Shown here piece by piece: positions 21,447 to 31,591 of a DNA stretch of 64,000 nt. The stretch's first letter is position 1; the number at the start of each line of letters is the position of its first letter. The notes under the pieces are model-generated. The model saw nothing but the letters and a program-made list of their open reading frames with translations. It made no database searches and was not told where the DNA came from. The DNA comes from an uncultured delta proteobacterium (GTDB lineage Bacteria; Myxococcota; Kuafuiibacteriia; Kuafuiibacteriales; Kuafuiibacteriaceae): assembly GCA_963803435.1 (NCBI GenBank), contig CAWDML010000009.1, positions 352,001 to 416,000 on the forward strand. The letters are read 5' to 3'. Both the position numbers and the translations under genes were made by a program.

Positions 21447-22316
21447 CTATTTCTCGATGCGCTTGCCGTCGACCCAGCGATAGAAGCCCTCGCCGGTCTT
21501 CTTTCCCAGCTTGCCGGCGCGGACCAGGCGGCGGAGCAGGGGCGGCGCGGCGAACTGCGGGCCGAGCTCCAGCGTCAGGTGATCGGCGATCGACAGGCGG
21601 ACGTCGAGGCCGACCAGGTCGGTGAGCTCGAGCGGGCCCATCGGGTGCTTGTAGCCGAGCTGCATCGCGCGATCGATGTCGGCGGCGCCGGCGACGCCGG
21701 TCTCGAGCATGCGGATCGCCTCCATGCCGAGGACGATGCCGAGGCGGGAGGTGGCGAAGCCGGGCGTGTCGCTGACGACGATGGCCTGCTTGCCGATGCG
21801 GGTGGCGAACGCCTGGGCGCGGGCCAGCACCTCCGGCGCGGTCTGCTCGGCGCGGATGATCTCGAGGAGCGGCATCACCGGCGGGGGGTTGAAGAAGTGC
21901 AGGCCCAGCACCTTGCTCGGATCCTTGGCGCGGGCGGCGATCTCGGTGACCGAGAGGGAGGAGGTGTTCGAGGCCAGGATCGCCTCGGGCGCCTTCCGCG
22001 AGACGTCGGAGAAGATCTGCTTCTTCAGGGACATCATCTCCGGGACCGCCTCCACCACCAGATCCATCCCGGTAGCGTCCAGGTCCGAGGTGGTCCGGAC
22101 GTGCGCCTGGGCCGCGCTCGCGTCGCCGGCGCTGATCTTCCCCTTCTCGACGGCGGTGGCGAGCGACTGCTCGATCCGCTTCCGCCCGGTGGCGAGCTGT
22201 TCCTCGCTCACGTCGAAGAGCAGGGTGTCGATCCCCGCCTTGGCGAACACCTCCGCGATCCCCGCGCCCATGGTGCCGGCGCCGACGACCAGCGCCCTCT
22301 GGATGCCGTCGCTCAT
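21447..22316 (-). CDS. 3-hydroxyacyl(butyryl)-CoA dehydrogenase
   Basis: GAGTMG, SNTSSL, GLHFFNP, HPMGPL. Confidence 0.93.
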   Translation of the reverse strand: MSDGIQRALVVGAGTMGAGIAEVFAKAGIDTLLFDVSEEQLATGRKRIEQSLATAVEKGKISAGDASAAQAHVRTTSDLDATGMDLVVEAVPEMMSLKKQIFSDVSRKAPEAILASNTSSLSVTEIAARAKDPSKVLGLHFFNPPPVMPLLEIIRAEQTAPEVLARAQAFATRIGKQAIVVSDTPGFATSRLGIVLGMEAIRMLETGVAGAADIDRAMQLGYKHPMGPLELTDLVGLDVRLSIADHLTLELGPQFAAPPLLRRLVRAGKLGKKTGEGFYRWVDGKRIEK

Positions 22317-23095
22317 GACTTCGCCTTCTGGCGCTTGCGCTCGAGGAACGCCTGCATGCGCGCGTGCTTGTCCTCGGACTCGAAGCACACGGCCTGGCCC
22401 AGGGTGTCGAGCGTCTCGAACACCGGGTTGGTCCGGCCCGAGGCGTTGAGCGCGAGCTTGCTGATGCGCACGGCCAGCGCACCCTGCCGGGCGATCTCGG
22501 ACGCGAGCTCCATCGCGGTCTCGAGCACGCGCTCGGCGGGCACCACGCGGTTCACCAGGCCGATGCGCTCGGCCTCGACCGCCTCGATGATCCGGCCGGT
22601 GAAGATCAGCTCCTTGGCGCGGCCGAGACCCACGAGGCGCGGCAGGCGCTGGATCGCACCGGCGCCGGGAAGGATGCCCAGGCCGACCTCGGGCTGCCCG
22701 AGCTTGGCGTCGGCGGCGGCGACGCGCAGGTCGCAGGCCATCGCCAGCTCGCAGCCTCCGCCCAGCGCGAAGCCGCGGATGGCGGCGATGGCGGGCAGCG
22801 GCTGCTCCTCGATCCGGCGGAAGAGGGCGGCGTTGATCCGGCGGAGCGCGTCCGCGTGATCGCGGTCCTTCAGCTCGGCGATGTCGGCGCCGGCGGCGAA
22901 GGCCCGCGTCCCGGCGCCGGTCAGCACGATCGCGCGGAGCGTGTCGTCGGCGGCGATGGCGTCGAGCACGTCGCCGAGCGCGCGGATCATCTCTTCGTTG
23001 ATGGCGTTGCGGACCTCGGGGCGGTTCAGCGTGATCCGCGCCAGCGCGCCGCCTTCCACCTCCGTCCGCTCGAAGAGGACGGTCTCATACGTCAT
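22313..23095 (-). CDS. Enoyl-CoA hydratase/isomerase
   Basis: FAAGADI, ALGGGCELA, GQPEVGLG. Confidence 0.93.
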   Translation of the reverse strand: MTYETVLFERTEVEGGALARITLNRPEVRNAINEEMIRALGDVLDAIAADDTLRAIVLTGAGTRAFAAGADIAELKDRDHADALRRINAALFRRIEEQPLPAIAAIRGFALGGGCELAMACDLRVAAADAKLGQPEVGLGILPGAGAIQRLPRLVGLGRAKELIFTGRIIEAVEAERIGLVNRVVPAERVLETAMELASEIARQGALAVRISKLALNASGRTNPVFETLDTLGQAVCFESEDKHARMQAFLERKRQKAKS

Positions 23096-23122
23096 GGGCG
23101 GCCTATTACGGGAAAGGCGGGG

Positions 23123-24493
23123 CTATGGCGAGCCAGAAACCGTGCAGGCGCCGCGCGGCGCCTCGACCCGGTTCTCCGAGTCGACCACGAAGTGGATCTC
23201 GATGTCCTCGCCCTCGATCGGCGTGTTCTCACCCTGGAGCGTCAGGACCGAGCCCTCGTCGTTGATGACGAAGTCGGTGCCGTAGACCAGCTTCTTCCCC
23301 TCGGGCCCGAACCGGCCGTTCTTGACCGTCACGCTCACGCCGGGCGGGTAGGCGGCGGGCGGGTTGAGGTTGTAGGTGTTGCCGATGACCAGGTCGCGGG
23401 CGATCGAGGTGAGCGTGTCGCCGAAGTTGGCCTGGCAGATGGTGTCGACGCGGCAGGCCACGCGCTGCATGCCGTTGCCGCCCTTGCAGTCGGTGACGGC
23501 GATCGAGCTATCCGCCTGCGTGATCTCCTGCTCCATCTGCAGAGCGAAGGCGACGTAACGGCCGCCGGCGACGGCCGAGCAGCAGTCGGGCGTATTGTAA
23601 AACGAGCAGGAGTTGCAGCTGGAGATGTAGCGGCGCAGCGGATTCTCGCACTGATTCGAGAGGCAGATCTCACCGCCCGCGCACGTGCCGCACGGCTGAT
23701 GGCTCCCAACCGGCGGAGGGTTGTCGCAGAGGCTCCCGCACTGCGCGCCGCCAGTAATGTTGCAGTTGTCGGCCCGACCGTTCACATAGCCGACGATCAT
23801 CGCCACCCGAATCTGGGCGACCGGCTTGATCGCCTTCAGTCTCTCCACGTACTGGCGGACATCGGTCTCGGGCTCGCTATCGTCTTCGTCGGAGACGATG
23901 ACGACGATGAGGTTGGCGTTGTCGCGGAGGAATCCAGTGTTGCATCCGTTCCGCTGATCGAGCGCCGAGATCATGCTCTTCAAGCCGGTCTCGGTTCCCG
24001 AGCCGCACGACCCGACCCGAACGTTCTGAGCGAACACGCTGATCTGGGTCGCGGGATCCATGGTCTCGGAGTCGACGATGCGGGTGGAGGGATCGGGACC
24101 ACGGAAGCACCCGTGCGCGATCGACGGCGAGACGTCTCCACAGCCCGCTAGCGTGAAGTCCGTGAGGATGTTGGGGTAGGTGTCGGCGAACACGAAGTTC
24201 TGCAGACCCTCTTTTTCGGCAGGCGTACTCTCCTGATCGGTCGTCACCACCGCGATGTGATAGTCCCCCGCGCCCGCGATCTGACTGATGAACCGATCGA
24301 AGTTGGCGGCCAGGTTCTCCTGCTCGTCCGCCATCGACCCGGAGTTGTCGACGACGAACAGGATGTCCGCCGGCGTCGGCTTCGCCGCAGGCACGATGAC
24401 GGAGCTCTCGCGAATCGCTTCCGGGCAGACCTGATCGAACAGGTAGTCCTGACATCCGGCCAGAAGGAGGAGGGCGAGGAGGAGTCGGCGCAT
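23123..24493 (-). CDS. Cys-rich VWA lipoprotein (CglB-like)
   Basis: LAGC lipobox, DILFVVDNSGSM MIDAS motif, SDEDD. Confidence 0.8.
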   Translation of the reverse strand: MRRLLLALLLLAGCQDYLFDQVCPEAIRESSVIVPAAKPTPADILFVVDNSGSMADEQENLAANFDRFISQIAGAGDYHIAVVTTDQESTPAEKEGLQNFVFADTYPNILTDFTLAGCGDVSPSIAHGCFRGPDPSTRIVDSETMDPATQISVFAQNVRVGSCGSGTETGLKSMISALDQRNGCNTGFLRDNANLIVVIVSDEDDSEPETDVRQYVERLKAIKPVAQIRVAMIVGYVNGRADNCNITGGAQCGSLCDNPPPVGSHQPCGTCAGGEICLSNQCENPLRRYISSCNSCSFYNTPDCCSAVAGGRYVAFALQMEQEITQADSSIAVTDCKGGNGMQRVACRVDTICQANFGDTLTSIARDLVIGNTYNLNPPAAYPPGVSVTVKNGRFGPEGKKLVYGTDFVINDEGSVLTLQGENTPIEGEDIEIHFVVDSENRVEAPRGACTVSGSP

Positions 24494-24563
24494 GTCGACG
24501 CCTATTCTTTTGCGCCCGGCGCTGTGACGCAAGTCTCTCACCCGGGCCCAAGCCGGCGATATT

Positions 24564-24780
24564 TCAGTTACGGGCCGGATGCGGGCTCGGCCGCGTTTCC
24601 ACCCGGGTGACGAAGCTGATCTCGAGCGGGTCGCCGGGGCCAGGACGTCCTCGCGCGGCAGGCACACCTGGTAGGTCCCGTCGGTGGGGCTCATCTCGGA
24701 GGTGATGATGTGCGCCCTCTCGTCGGGCCCGCGGAAGCACCGGGCCCAATCTCGAGAAGGGAGACCGCATCCGGGCGCTC
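24564..24780 (-). pseudogene. Probable 3' remnant of a gene truncated at the IS end
   Basis: Frame reads in from the IS terminus (...DGTYQVCLPREDVLAP/GDPLEISFVTRVE, one frameshift) and loosely resembles the C-terminus of the neighbouring VWA lipoprotein (GEDIEIHFVV). Confidence 0.45.
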
Positions 24781-24867
24781 GGAGCGTGTAGCGCGTAAGC
24801 GCTCACGCGACCCCGGTCCGGGTCCCGGTCCCGGTCCGGGTCCCGATCTGAAGATGGCTGCCTTGAG

Positions 24868-26304
24868 TCAGACGCTCGCGACGGTCGCGAGCTTCGATCG
24901 GTAGAGCTTGAGCAGGTTGTGGGTGAGGCAGACGAGCGTCCCCTCGGCTCGTACCTTGAAGAAGGAGCGGAGCGAGAACCGGCGGAATCCTCGTGCCCCT
25001 TTGATCTGTCCGAGCGCCGGTTCGACGATACTCTTCCTGCGGGCGTAGACCGCCTGGCCGTCGCGCGTTTGCAACTTGTCTCGCATTCGCTTGCGAGCGA
25101 GCGAGGCAGGTGTGGGCTCCGAAGCTGATGAGGACGGAGTCGACGCGTCTTGGTTCTGTTCGCGTCCAACAGCGATGTGGGCATCGATCTGATTGTTGTC
25201 GCAGAATTCGATGTTGGTCGCGCTCAGATAGCCGTTGTCTGCCGTCATCTTCCGCGGAGCATCGCCGCAGTTGCCGAACACATCACGGAGCATCGGGACG
25301 AGGTGTTGCTGATCAGGTGCCTGGTTGCTGACCCCTTCGGCGACAATCACCTGAGCGTGCTCATCTACGACAACTTGGGCATTGTAGGCCTGGAGGTACG
25401 CTCCCTCCTTCAACATGATCCTGCTGTCTGAGTCGGTGAAGTTCCTCTGAGCGTTGGGCCTCGGTGTGCCGTCCACATTTGCAGGAACGCGATGATGCGG
25501 CCATCCATCATTTCGTTCAGTTGGGTCTGGGGATGGTTCGAGCTGGTCAGCCTGCGCTCTTGCCTTCTCGGCTCGAGTTCTCGCTCGCTTCTGCTCCACC
25601 CGATCCACAAGAGCATCATCCGCTTTGCTCTGCTGCTCTTCGGCTTGCCTGCGCAATTTCTCCGCGCGAGCCCTGGCGGCATCCTGTTCCAGCGCAGCCT
25701 TCGCTTCTCGAATGCGGGCAAGGCGGGATTCACGGTGAGCGAGCTCCGCTGGGATGTCCTCTTCAGTCTCTTCAACGCCCAGCCGCTCGTCTTCCTCTTG
25801 GTCGATCGTGCGCGCTCGCTCCAGCAGTTCTTCGATCTCGAGAGACAGCCGCTTCTCCTCCTCGGCCATCCGCTCGTAGGTCATCGCCTTGTGCTTGCTC
25901 GCGTTCGCCTGCACCTTCGAGCCATCGAGTGCGACGTGTCCGAGCCGCACCAAACCTGCTTTCTGGCAAAGCTTCAGGGCTTCGAGGAAGAGCGCTTTCA
26001 GTGCCTCCAGGTGGACGAGCCGAAACTCGTTGATCGTCGTGAAGTGGGGATGACTTTCTCCAGCCAGCACCCGGAATGGAATGTCTTGGTAGGTCGCCCG
26101 CGCGATCCTCCGCGACGAATAGATGCCGGTGCAGTAGGCGTACAGAAGCAGCGCGATCATCATTCGAGGCGAGTACGGTCGCTCGCCTCGCGGGTCCTTC
26201 TCGGAGTCCAAGAACGGTATTGCTTCGCCACGAAACCATGGGATCAAGTCCAGGCGTCGAAGTCGATCCGCCCAACGATCGATCCCAGACGAAACGACCT
26301 CCAA
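24868..26304 (-). CDS. IS1182-family transposase with atypical N-terminus
   Basis: PYSPRMM..LLLYAY..GIYSSRRI, ALDGSKVQANAS, TDSDSRIM, AYNAQ, ADNGY, RKSIVEP. Confidence 0.9.
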   Translation of the reverse strand: MEVVSSGIDRWADRLRRLDLIPWFRGEAIPFLDSEKDPRGERPYSPRMMIALLLYAYCTGIYSSRRIARATYQDIPFRVLAGESHPHFTTINEFRLVHLEALKALFLEALKLCQKAGLVRLGHVALDGSKVQANASKHKAMTYERMAEEEKRLSLEIEELLERARTIDQEEDERLGVEETEEDIPAELAHRESRLARIREAKAALEQDAARARAEKLRRQAEEQQSKADDALVDRVEQKRARTRAEKARAQADQLEPSPDPTERNDGWPHHRVPANVDGTPRPNAQRNFTDSDSRIMLKEGAYLQAYNAQVVVDEHAQVIVAEGVSNQAPDQQHLVPMLRDVFGNCGDAPRKMTADNGYLSATNIEFCDNNQIDAHIAVGREQNQDASTPSSSASEPTPASLARKRMRDKLQTRDGQAVYARRKSIVEPALGQIKGARGFRRFSLRSFFKVRAEGTLVCLTHNLLKLYRSKLATVASV

Positions 26305-26350
26305 GAACTTCTGCTGGTCAAAGTGGACGAGCTACCGCAAGCTAGCTTGC

Positions 26351-26718
26351 ATGGTCACTTTCGATCACGAGAAGCTCGAGGCCTACCAGCTCGCCGTCGA
26401 GTAGGCCGACATCGCTGAAGAGATCGCACAAGAACTGCAACCCGGTTACGCTCACGTCCGCGATCAGCTTCGGCGGGCATCCGATTCCATCGTGAACAAC
26501 ACCGCCGAGGCGCCGGAGAGTTCAATCCACCTGAGAAGGCTCGCTTCTACCGGATGGCACTTCGCTCTGGCACCGAAAGCGCCGCCTCACTCCATACCTG
26601 CTTGAGGCGCCGACTCGCCAACGAGCAGCAGGTCCAAGCCGCCAGAGCCAAGCTCAAGCGCGTTGTCGAGATGCTCACGCGCCTCATCAAGTCGATGAAC
26701 GCACGCCGGGCTGCATGA
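26351..26718 (+). pseudogene. Four-helix-bundle protein (23S rRNA IVP/TIGR02436-like), in-frame TAG plus 1-bp deletion
   Basis: MVTFDHEKLEAYQLAVE*...DQLRRASDSIVNNTAE(G)AGEFNPPEKARFYRMALRSGTESAA...MLTRL. Confidence 0.85.
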
Positions 26719-26788
26719 TCGCCATCGGGACCCGGACCGGGACCGGGACCCGGACCGGGCTCGCGGTAGCGCTACGCGCTACACCCTC

Positions 26789-29080
26789 CTAGTTACACCC
26801 CATCTCGAACGCCACGCCCGTCTGCGAGTAGGCGTTGCCGGTGAGCAGCGGCTGCGAGCCGCAGTCGACGTAGATGTCCGCCTGCGCGTTGGTGCGGAAC
26901 TGGCTGTTCGTCACCGACACGCGCCCGTCGGTGGCCAGCAGCGTGAGCGCGCCGTGGACGCCCGCGAGGGGCTGGCCCGCGCCGGCCAGGAGGAGGCCGT
27001 CGATCTGGGTGCCCTGGAGGACCTGCGGTCCGAGGAGGAGGCCGCCCCAGTCTCCGGCGCCCGGAGCGTTCTGTGCGCTCTGCATCGTCACCGACCCGCC
27101 GATGCGGAGCGCGCCGGGCTCCGAGAGCCCGACGGTGATGAGCGCGCCGTCGTCGAACAACAGATCGAGACCCGGGTCGAGCTCGAGCAGCGGGCCGTTC
27201 GGGCCCTCGACCGAGACGGTACCGCGGACGCGCCAGGGCACGTCCTGCCGGGACCAGACGCCGTCGCGGGTGACGAGGTTGCCGGTGATCCGGTTGAAGG
27301 GGACGCGGTCGTAGGTCTGGGGCGACTGGACGCTCGCCACCGCGGAGGCGGCGAAGTCGAGCCCGGCGTCCGAGTCGCGGAAGACGTTGTCGCTGAGGGC
27401 CTCGAACTCGAAGTCGCCGCCGGCGGCGATGCCGGCCTGCGCGCAGGACTCGAACACAGAGCGCACGATCGAGATGGGCCGCGGGCTCGGGCCCCGGACG
27501 GTGAGACAGCCCTTGGCGTCGAGCTCGATCTGTCCGCCGTGGCGGATGATCACGCGATCGAGGCGAGAGCCGCTGGTGGCGTTGCCGCCGAAGACCACGC
27601 CGCGCCAGGCGCCCCGACCCGGGTTCGGGCTCGACGACTCGAGCACCACCGGGTCCGCGTCGGTGCCCAGCGCGACCAGCCCGCCGCTGGCGGCCGAGCC
27701 GATCTGGAGCCAGCTCGAGGGCCCAAAGCGCATGCACACGCCGGGCTGAAGCCTGAGGATCGGGTTCTCTGCGCCCTGGACCGTGATGCTGTCCTTGATC
27801 GTGAACGGGACGGACTGGCCGACCCAGACCGCATTGCGCCCGATCTCGTCGCCGTCGATCGCGTTGGTGAGCACGCCCGAGAACGTCTGCGCGCTGGTGA
27901 TGCTGCCGACGGCGCGCGCGTCGAGCCACAGGCCCACGCTCGAGTCGGCGAACGTGTTGCCCTCGAGACGGGCGAAGCGGAACAGCGGATCGGAGGCGCC
28001 GATGCCGGCCTGCTCGCAGGCCTCGAAGCGCGAGGCGGTCACGGAGATCGGCGTGGTGCCGCGGACCGTCAGGCAGCCCCGCACGTCCTCACCGCGGCGG
28101 CCGCCGCCCTTCAGCACCACGTGGTCGAGCGAGGTGCGGACGTCGGCGGCCGCGCCGATCACGAGCCCGTGCCAGCCGCCGGCGTTGCTCGCCTCCATGA
28201 TCACGGGGGCGTCGTCGGAGCCGTGGATGGTGATCGCTCCAGGGAGGTCGTCCCCGATGATCATCCACGTGCTCTGATCGAAGCGGAGGTGGAGCCCGGC
28301 CTCGAGCGCCAGCACCGGGATCGTCTCGCCCTGCACGGCGATGTTGCCGCGGACCATCCACGGCACCGGCTGCGCGAGCCAGGTTGCAGACTCCGAGATG
28401 GTGCCGCCTCGGATCTCGTTCACCGCCACGTTCTCCAGCGCCAGCGGGACGGTGAGGCCGGCGACGTTGCGGGCGGCCAGGCTGATGCCGAACTTGGCGT
28501 CGGCCACCTCGACGGGCGGCGTCAGCTCGTACGAGGGCACGTCGATCCAGAAGCCGGCGCTCGAGCAGCCCTCGACGCGGATCGCCTCCAGCTTGACCGC
28601 GCCGGGCGCGGTGTTGTCGAGCGTGATGCAGCCGCCCGAGGTTCCGGCGGAGTTCTGCACCACGGCGTGTCGGATCACGCTGCCGGGGAGGGTCGAGCTC
28701 TTGAAGACCACGCCGGCCCAGCGGCCGCCCGTGTCGTCCTCGGGCGCGAGCGAGGTGAGCAGGACCTTCTTGTCCTCGCTCCCGAGGATCTCGAGCCGCC
28801 CGTCGCTCTCGCTGCCCACGGTGATGCCCGTGCCGGGCTCGAAGCGGAGCTCGGTGCCGGCGGCGATGCTCAGCGTGGCGCCGTCCCGGACGGCCAGCGG
28901 GACCTCGACGAGGTACGCGTCACAGAAGGCGCCGCCCAGCACGGTGTCCTGGTGGATGTCGGCTGAGAGCCGGCAGGGCTCGACCCCGCCGTCGAGGCGG
29001 CCGCCGTCGCCGGCGAGCTGGGTGGCCTCACAGCCGGTGAGGAGCGCACAAGCCCAGAGAATGACGTGTCGAACGCCCAA
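26789..29080 (-). CDS. Large lipoprotein with about four internal repeats, probable right-handed beta-helix
   Basis: LTGC lipobox; recurring GxWxG..., GCLTV, CxQAGI and VPWxVRG units about 185 aa apart. Confidence 0.75.
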   Translation of the reverse strand: MGVRHVILWACALLTGCEATQLAGDGGRLDGGVEPCRLSADIHQDTVLGGAFCDAYLVEVPLAVRDGATLSIAAGTELRFEPGTGITVGSESDGRLEILGSEDKKVLLTSLAPEDDTGGRWAGVVFKSSTLPGSVIRHAVVQNSAGTSGGCITLDNTAPGAVKLEAIRVEGCSSAGFWIDVPSYELTPPVEVADAKFGISLAARNVAGLTVPLALENVAVNEIRGGTISESATWLAQPVPWMVRGNIAVQGETIPVLALEAGLHLRFDQSTWMIIGDDLPGAITIHGSDDAPVIMEASNAGGWHGLVIGAAADVRTSLDHVVLKGGGRRGEDVRGCLTVRGTTPISVTASRFEACEQAGIGASDPLFRFARLEGNTFADSSVGLWLDARAVGSITSAQTFSGVLTNAIDGDEIGRNAVWVGQSVPFTIKDSITVQGAENPILRLQPGVCMRFGPSSWLQIGSAASGGLVALGTDADPVVLESSSPNPGRGAWRGVVFGGNATSGSRLDRVIIRHGGQIELDAKGCLTVRGPSPRPISIVRSVFESCAQAGIAAGGDFEFEALSDNVFRDSDAGLDFAASAVASVQSPQTYDRVPFNRITGNLVTRDGVWSRQDVPWRVRGTVSVEGPNGPLLELDPGLDLLFDDGALITVGLSEPGALRIGGSVTMQSAQNAPGAGDWGGLLLGPQVLQGTQIDGLLLAGAGQPLAGVHGALTLLATDGRVSVTNSQFRTNAQADIYVDCGSQPLLTGNAYSQTGVAFEMGCN

Positions 29081-29172
29081 GCCCTCCCTCCATACTATGG
29101 AGGGGCGCAGCCGGGAGCCAAAACCGTTCGATGCGCTCGGAGTAACCCTCCTCGCGCGCGCAGGCTCGCAAG

Positions 29173-30336
29173 TTGCGTTGCCATTTTCGGAGAGCGGTCG
29201 GTATGAGCCCCATGATGCGGTCGAGGTACGTCGCTCTGGTCGGTCTGCTCACCGCGGTCGGTTGCAGCGGAGGCGGTGACGACGAGGGCACCACGGATGC
29301 CCAGCCGATGGAGGACGCAGCCGGCGACGCGGGCGTCCGCGACACCGGTGGCCCGCCCGACAGCGGCGTGGTCCCGGACAGCGGCTTCGACGGCGGCTTC
29401 GCGGATCCCAATACCGTCGCCGAGGGCTACGAGGACGTCCAGGGCACCCGGACCTTCGTGCACGTTCGCGGCACCGTGACCTCGACGCTCCCGCCTTTGA
29501 TCGTGCTCCCCACCGGCCCGCACCAGGGCGGCGTCTCCGGCTTCTTCGGTCATCTCGGCGGAGGCATCGGGCACGAGTACCTGCCCGAGCACCTCGACTT
29601 CCTGCTGCCCCATCGCCTGATGATCTACTTCGACTTCAAGGCCACCGGACGGAGCGGCTTCGGCACCGTCGGCACCGCCACCATCAGCGTCGACGTCCAC
29701 GTCCTGCAGGTCGCCGAGGTCCTGGACTGGGCCTCCGAGAAGTTCTCCATCGACACCAGCAAGGTGGACGTCCTCGGTCACGGCTACGGCGCCGGCATCG
29801 GGGCCGTCTTCGCGGCCCGGAACCCGAGCCGCGTCGATCGCCTGGTGCTCCTCGATCCCATGGGCGCCAACGTCCAGCAGTACGCGCAGGCGATCGCCGA
29901 TCTGCAGGCCAGGTTGACGAGCTCCGATCGCACGCTGCTCGACACGATCACCCGCGAGCCCGACTGCATCGGCGACGGCAGCAACTGCACCGTCGAGGTC
30001 TGGCGGATCCTGGCGCCCCGGCTCGGGTGCCAGGGCAACGAGTCGCGCGTGAACACGCTGGTCTTCGCCTACGGCGAGCTGCGCACGTTCGACTTCCTCT
30101 TCCGCGACCTCACCAACCATCGGTACGACTGGGGGCCGATCCTTCCCCAGATCACCGCCGACACCACGGTCATCTCCGGGCCGTGCGACCCCACGCCGGC
30201 CGGCGCCGCGCTGACCTACACCGCCAGCATCGCCGGCGCCCGCCACGACATCCTCACCGGCACCGGCCACTGGCCCATGGTGGAGGACACGATCGAGTTC
30301 CGTCGCTCGGTGGGGCGCGCGCTCCAGCGTCCCTAG
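29173..30336 (+). CDS. Alpha/beta-hydrolase-fold lipoprotein (start probably near 29213)
   Basis: AVGC lipobox, YFDFKATGRS, LGHGYG elbow, GHWPMVE. Confidence 0.8.
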   Translation: MRCHFRRAVGMSPMMRSRYVALVGLLTAVGCSGGGDDEGTTDAQPMEDAAGDAGVRDTGGPPDSGVVPDSGFDGGFADPNTVAEGYEDVQGTRTFVHVRGTVTSTLPPLIVLPTGPHQGGVSGFFGHLGGGIGHEYLPEHLDFLLPHRLMIYFDFKATGRSGFGTVGTATISVDVHVLQVAEVLDWASEKFSIDTSKVDVLGHGYGAGIGAVFAARNPSRVDRLVLLDPMGANVQQYAQAIADLQARLTSSDRTLLDTITREPDCIGDGSNCTVEVWRILAPRLGCQGNESRVNTLVFAYGELRTFDFLFRDLTNHRYDWGPILPQITADTTVISGPCDPTPAGAALTYTASIAGARHDILTGTGHWPMVEDTIEFRRSVGRALQRP

Positions 30337-31518
30337 TCAGCTGGATCACTGATTTCTAGCGCATTTATCCGCGGTGGACCTGCTTTGTGCGTCTGCCGAA
30401 ATCCATGATCTTGTCGAGGATCTCGTCGGCCGTCTTCGTCCATACGAAGGGCTTGCCTTCTTCGTTGTGCACTTCGACGTAGTCGACGATCGCCTTGCGA
30501 AGTACCGGGACGCTGGTGTGGGAGCCGCGAGTGAGTGCTTCCTCGGTCAGCAGTGCGAAGAACCGTTCCACCAGGTTTAGCCATGAGGAATAGGTTGGTG
30601 TGAAGTGGAGCTGGAAGCGCGGATTGCGTAGCAGCCACCTCTTAACCTGTGGAGTCTTGTGCGTCGCGAGGTTGTCGAGGATGACGTGAACGTCAAGTTC
30701 CGGCTCTACCGCGTTGTCGATCGTCCCGAGGAATGCGACGAAGTCCTTCGCTCGGTGTCGTGCCTTGGTCTGCGCGATGACCTTGCCCGTGGCGACGTTG
30801 AGGGCGGCGAAGAGGTCGAGCGTTCCGTGGCGGATGTAGTTGTGGGTCTGTCGCTCGGGCATCCCGAGATCCATCGGAAGGATCGGTTGAGCACGCTCCA
30901 GCGCCTGGACCTGCGGCTTCTCGTCGAAGGAGAACACGACAGCGTTGTCGGGCGGGCTCATGTACAGACCGACGACGTCGCGAATCTTCGAGATGAACTG
31001 CGGATCGTTCGACAACTTGAAACCGCGAACGACGTGGGGCTTGAGGCCATGCGCCCGCCAGATCCGTCCGACGCTACTGGCGCTCACCCCGGCATTCTTT
31101 GCCATCTTCCGCGTGCTCCAATGCGTACGGCCCTTCGGCGTCGTTTCCAGCGTTTGCACCACGATCTCTTCAACCTGATCATCACTGATCTTTCGCGGAG
31201 CGCCGACGCGAGGCTGGTCGTACAGCCCCTCGAGACGGCACTCCGCAAACCGCCTTCTCCACAGACGAACGGTGTGGTGAGACACGTGATGGTTCCGCGC
31301 CACCGCCGCATCGGTCGCGCCAGTGGAACTGCTCAGCACCAGTTTCGCGCGAAGTGCCAGCTGTCGATTCGACCGCACGCGACGAGTCAATCGTTCGAGC
31401 TCGCGCTGTTCGTCGTCAGTCAGCGTGATCTCCGTTTTTCGAGGTCCTTTGTTCGCCCCCACGAACCACGTAGATCACACAAAGGATCTACACGCTAGAG
31501 ATTTTGGACCCGGCTGAC
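30336..31518 (-). mobile_element. IS630-family insertion sequence
   Basis: Imperfect TIRs GTCAGCTGGATCACTGATTTCTAGCG / CGCTAGAGATTTTGGACCCGGCTGAC, flanked by TA on both sides. Confidence 0.9.
30365..31462 (-). CDS. IS630-family transposase
   Basis: HTH region, THWSTR, DEKPQ, DNLATHK, SWLNLVE. Confidence 0.95.
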   Translation of the reverse strand: MGANKGPRKTEITLTDDEQRELERLTRRVRSNRQLALRAKLVLSSSTGATDAAVARNHHVSHHTVRLWRRRFAECRLEGLYDQPRVGAPRKISDDQVEEIVVQTLETTPKGRTHWSTRKMAKNAGVSASSVGRIWRAHGLKPHVVRGFKLSNDPQFISKIRDVVGLYMSPPDNAVVFSFDEKPQVQALERAQPILPMDLGMPERQTHNYIRHGTLDLFAALNVATGKVIAQTKARHRAKDFVAFLGTIDNAVEPELDVHVILDNLATHKTPQVKRWLLRNPRFQLHFTPTYSSWLNLVERFFALLTEEALTRGSHTSVPVLRKAIVDYVEVHNEEGKPFVWTKTADEILDKIMDFGRRTKQVHRG

Positions 31519-31591
31519 TAGGAGCGTGTAGCGCGTAGCGCTACCGCGAGCCCGGTCCGGGTCCCGGTCCCGGTCCGGGTCCCGATGGCGA

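Larger units (their letters stand above)
24782..26788 (-). mobile_element. IS1182-family element copy A (2007 bp) with long hexamer-containing terminal inverted repeats and a passenger pseudogene
   Basis: Ends GAGCGTGTAGCGCGTA / TACGCGCTACACCCTC; flanks CTCG and CTAG; near-identical inverted copy at 31522-33226; visibly lower GC. Confidence 0.9.

Noticed and set aside
26402-26404. In-frame TAG as pyrrolysine or readthrough
   Set aside because: The same gene also has a frameshift and no pyl genes are present; decay is simpler
26351-26718. Avd-like gene as evidence of a diversity-generating retroelement
   Set aside because: No reverse transcriptase and no TR/VR pair with adenine-specific mismatches seen; the gene is also disrupted
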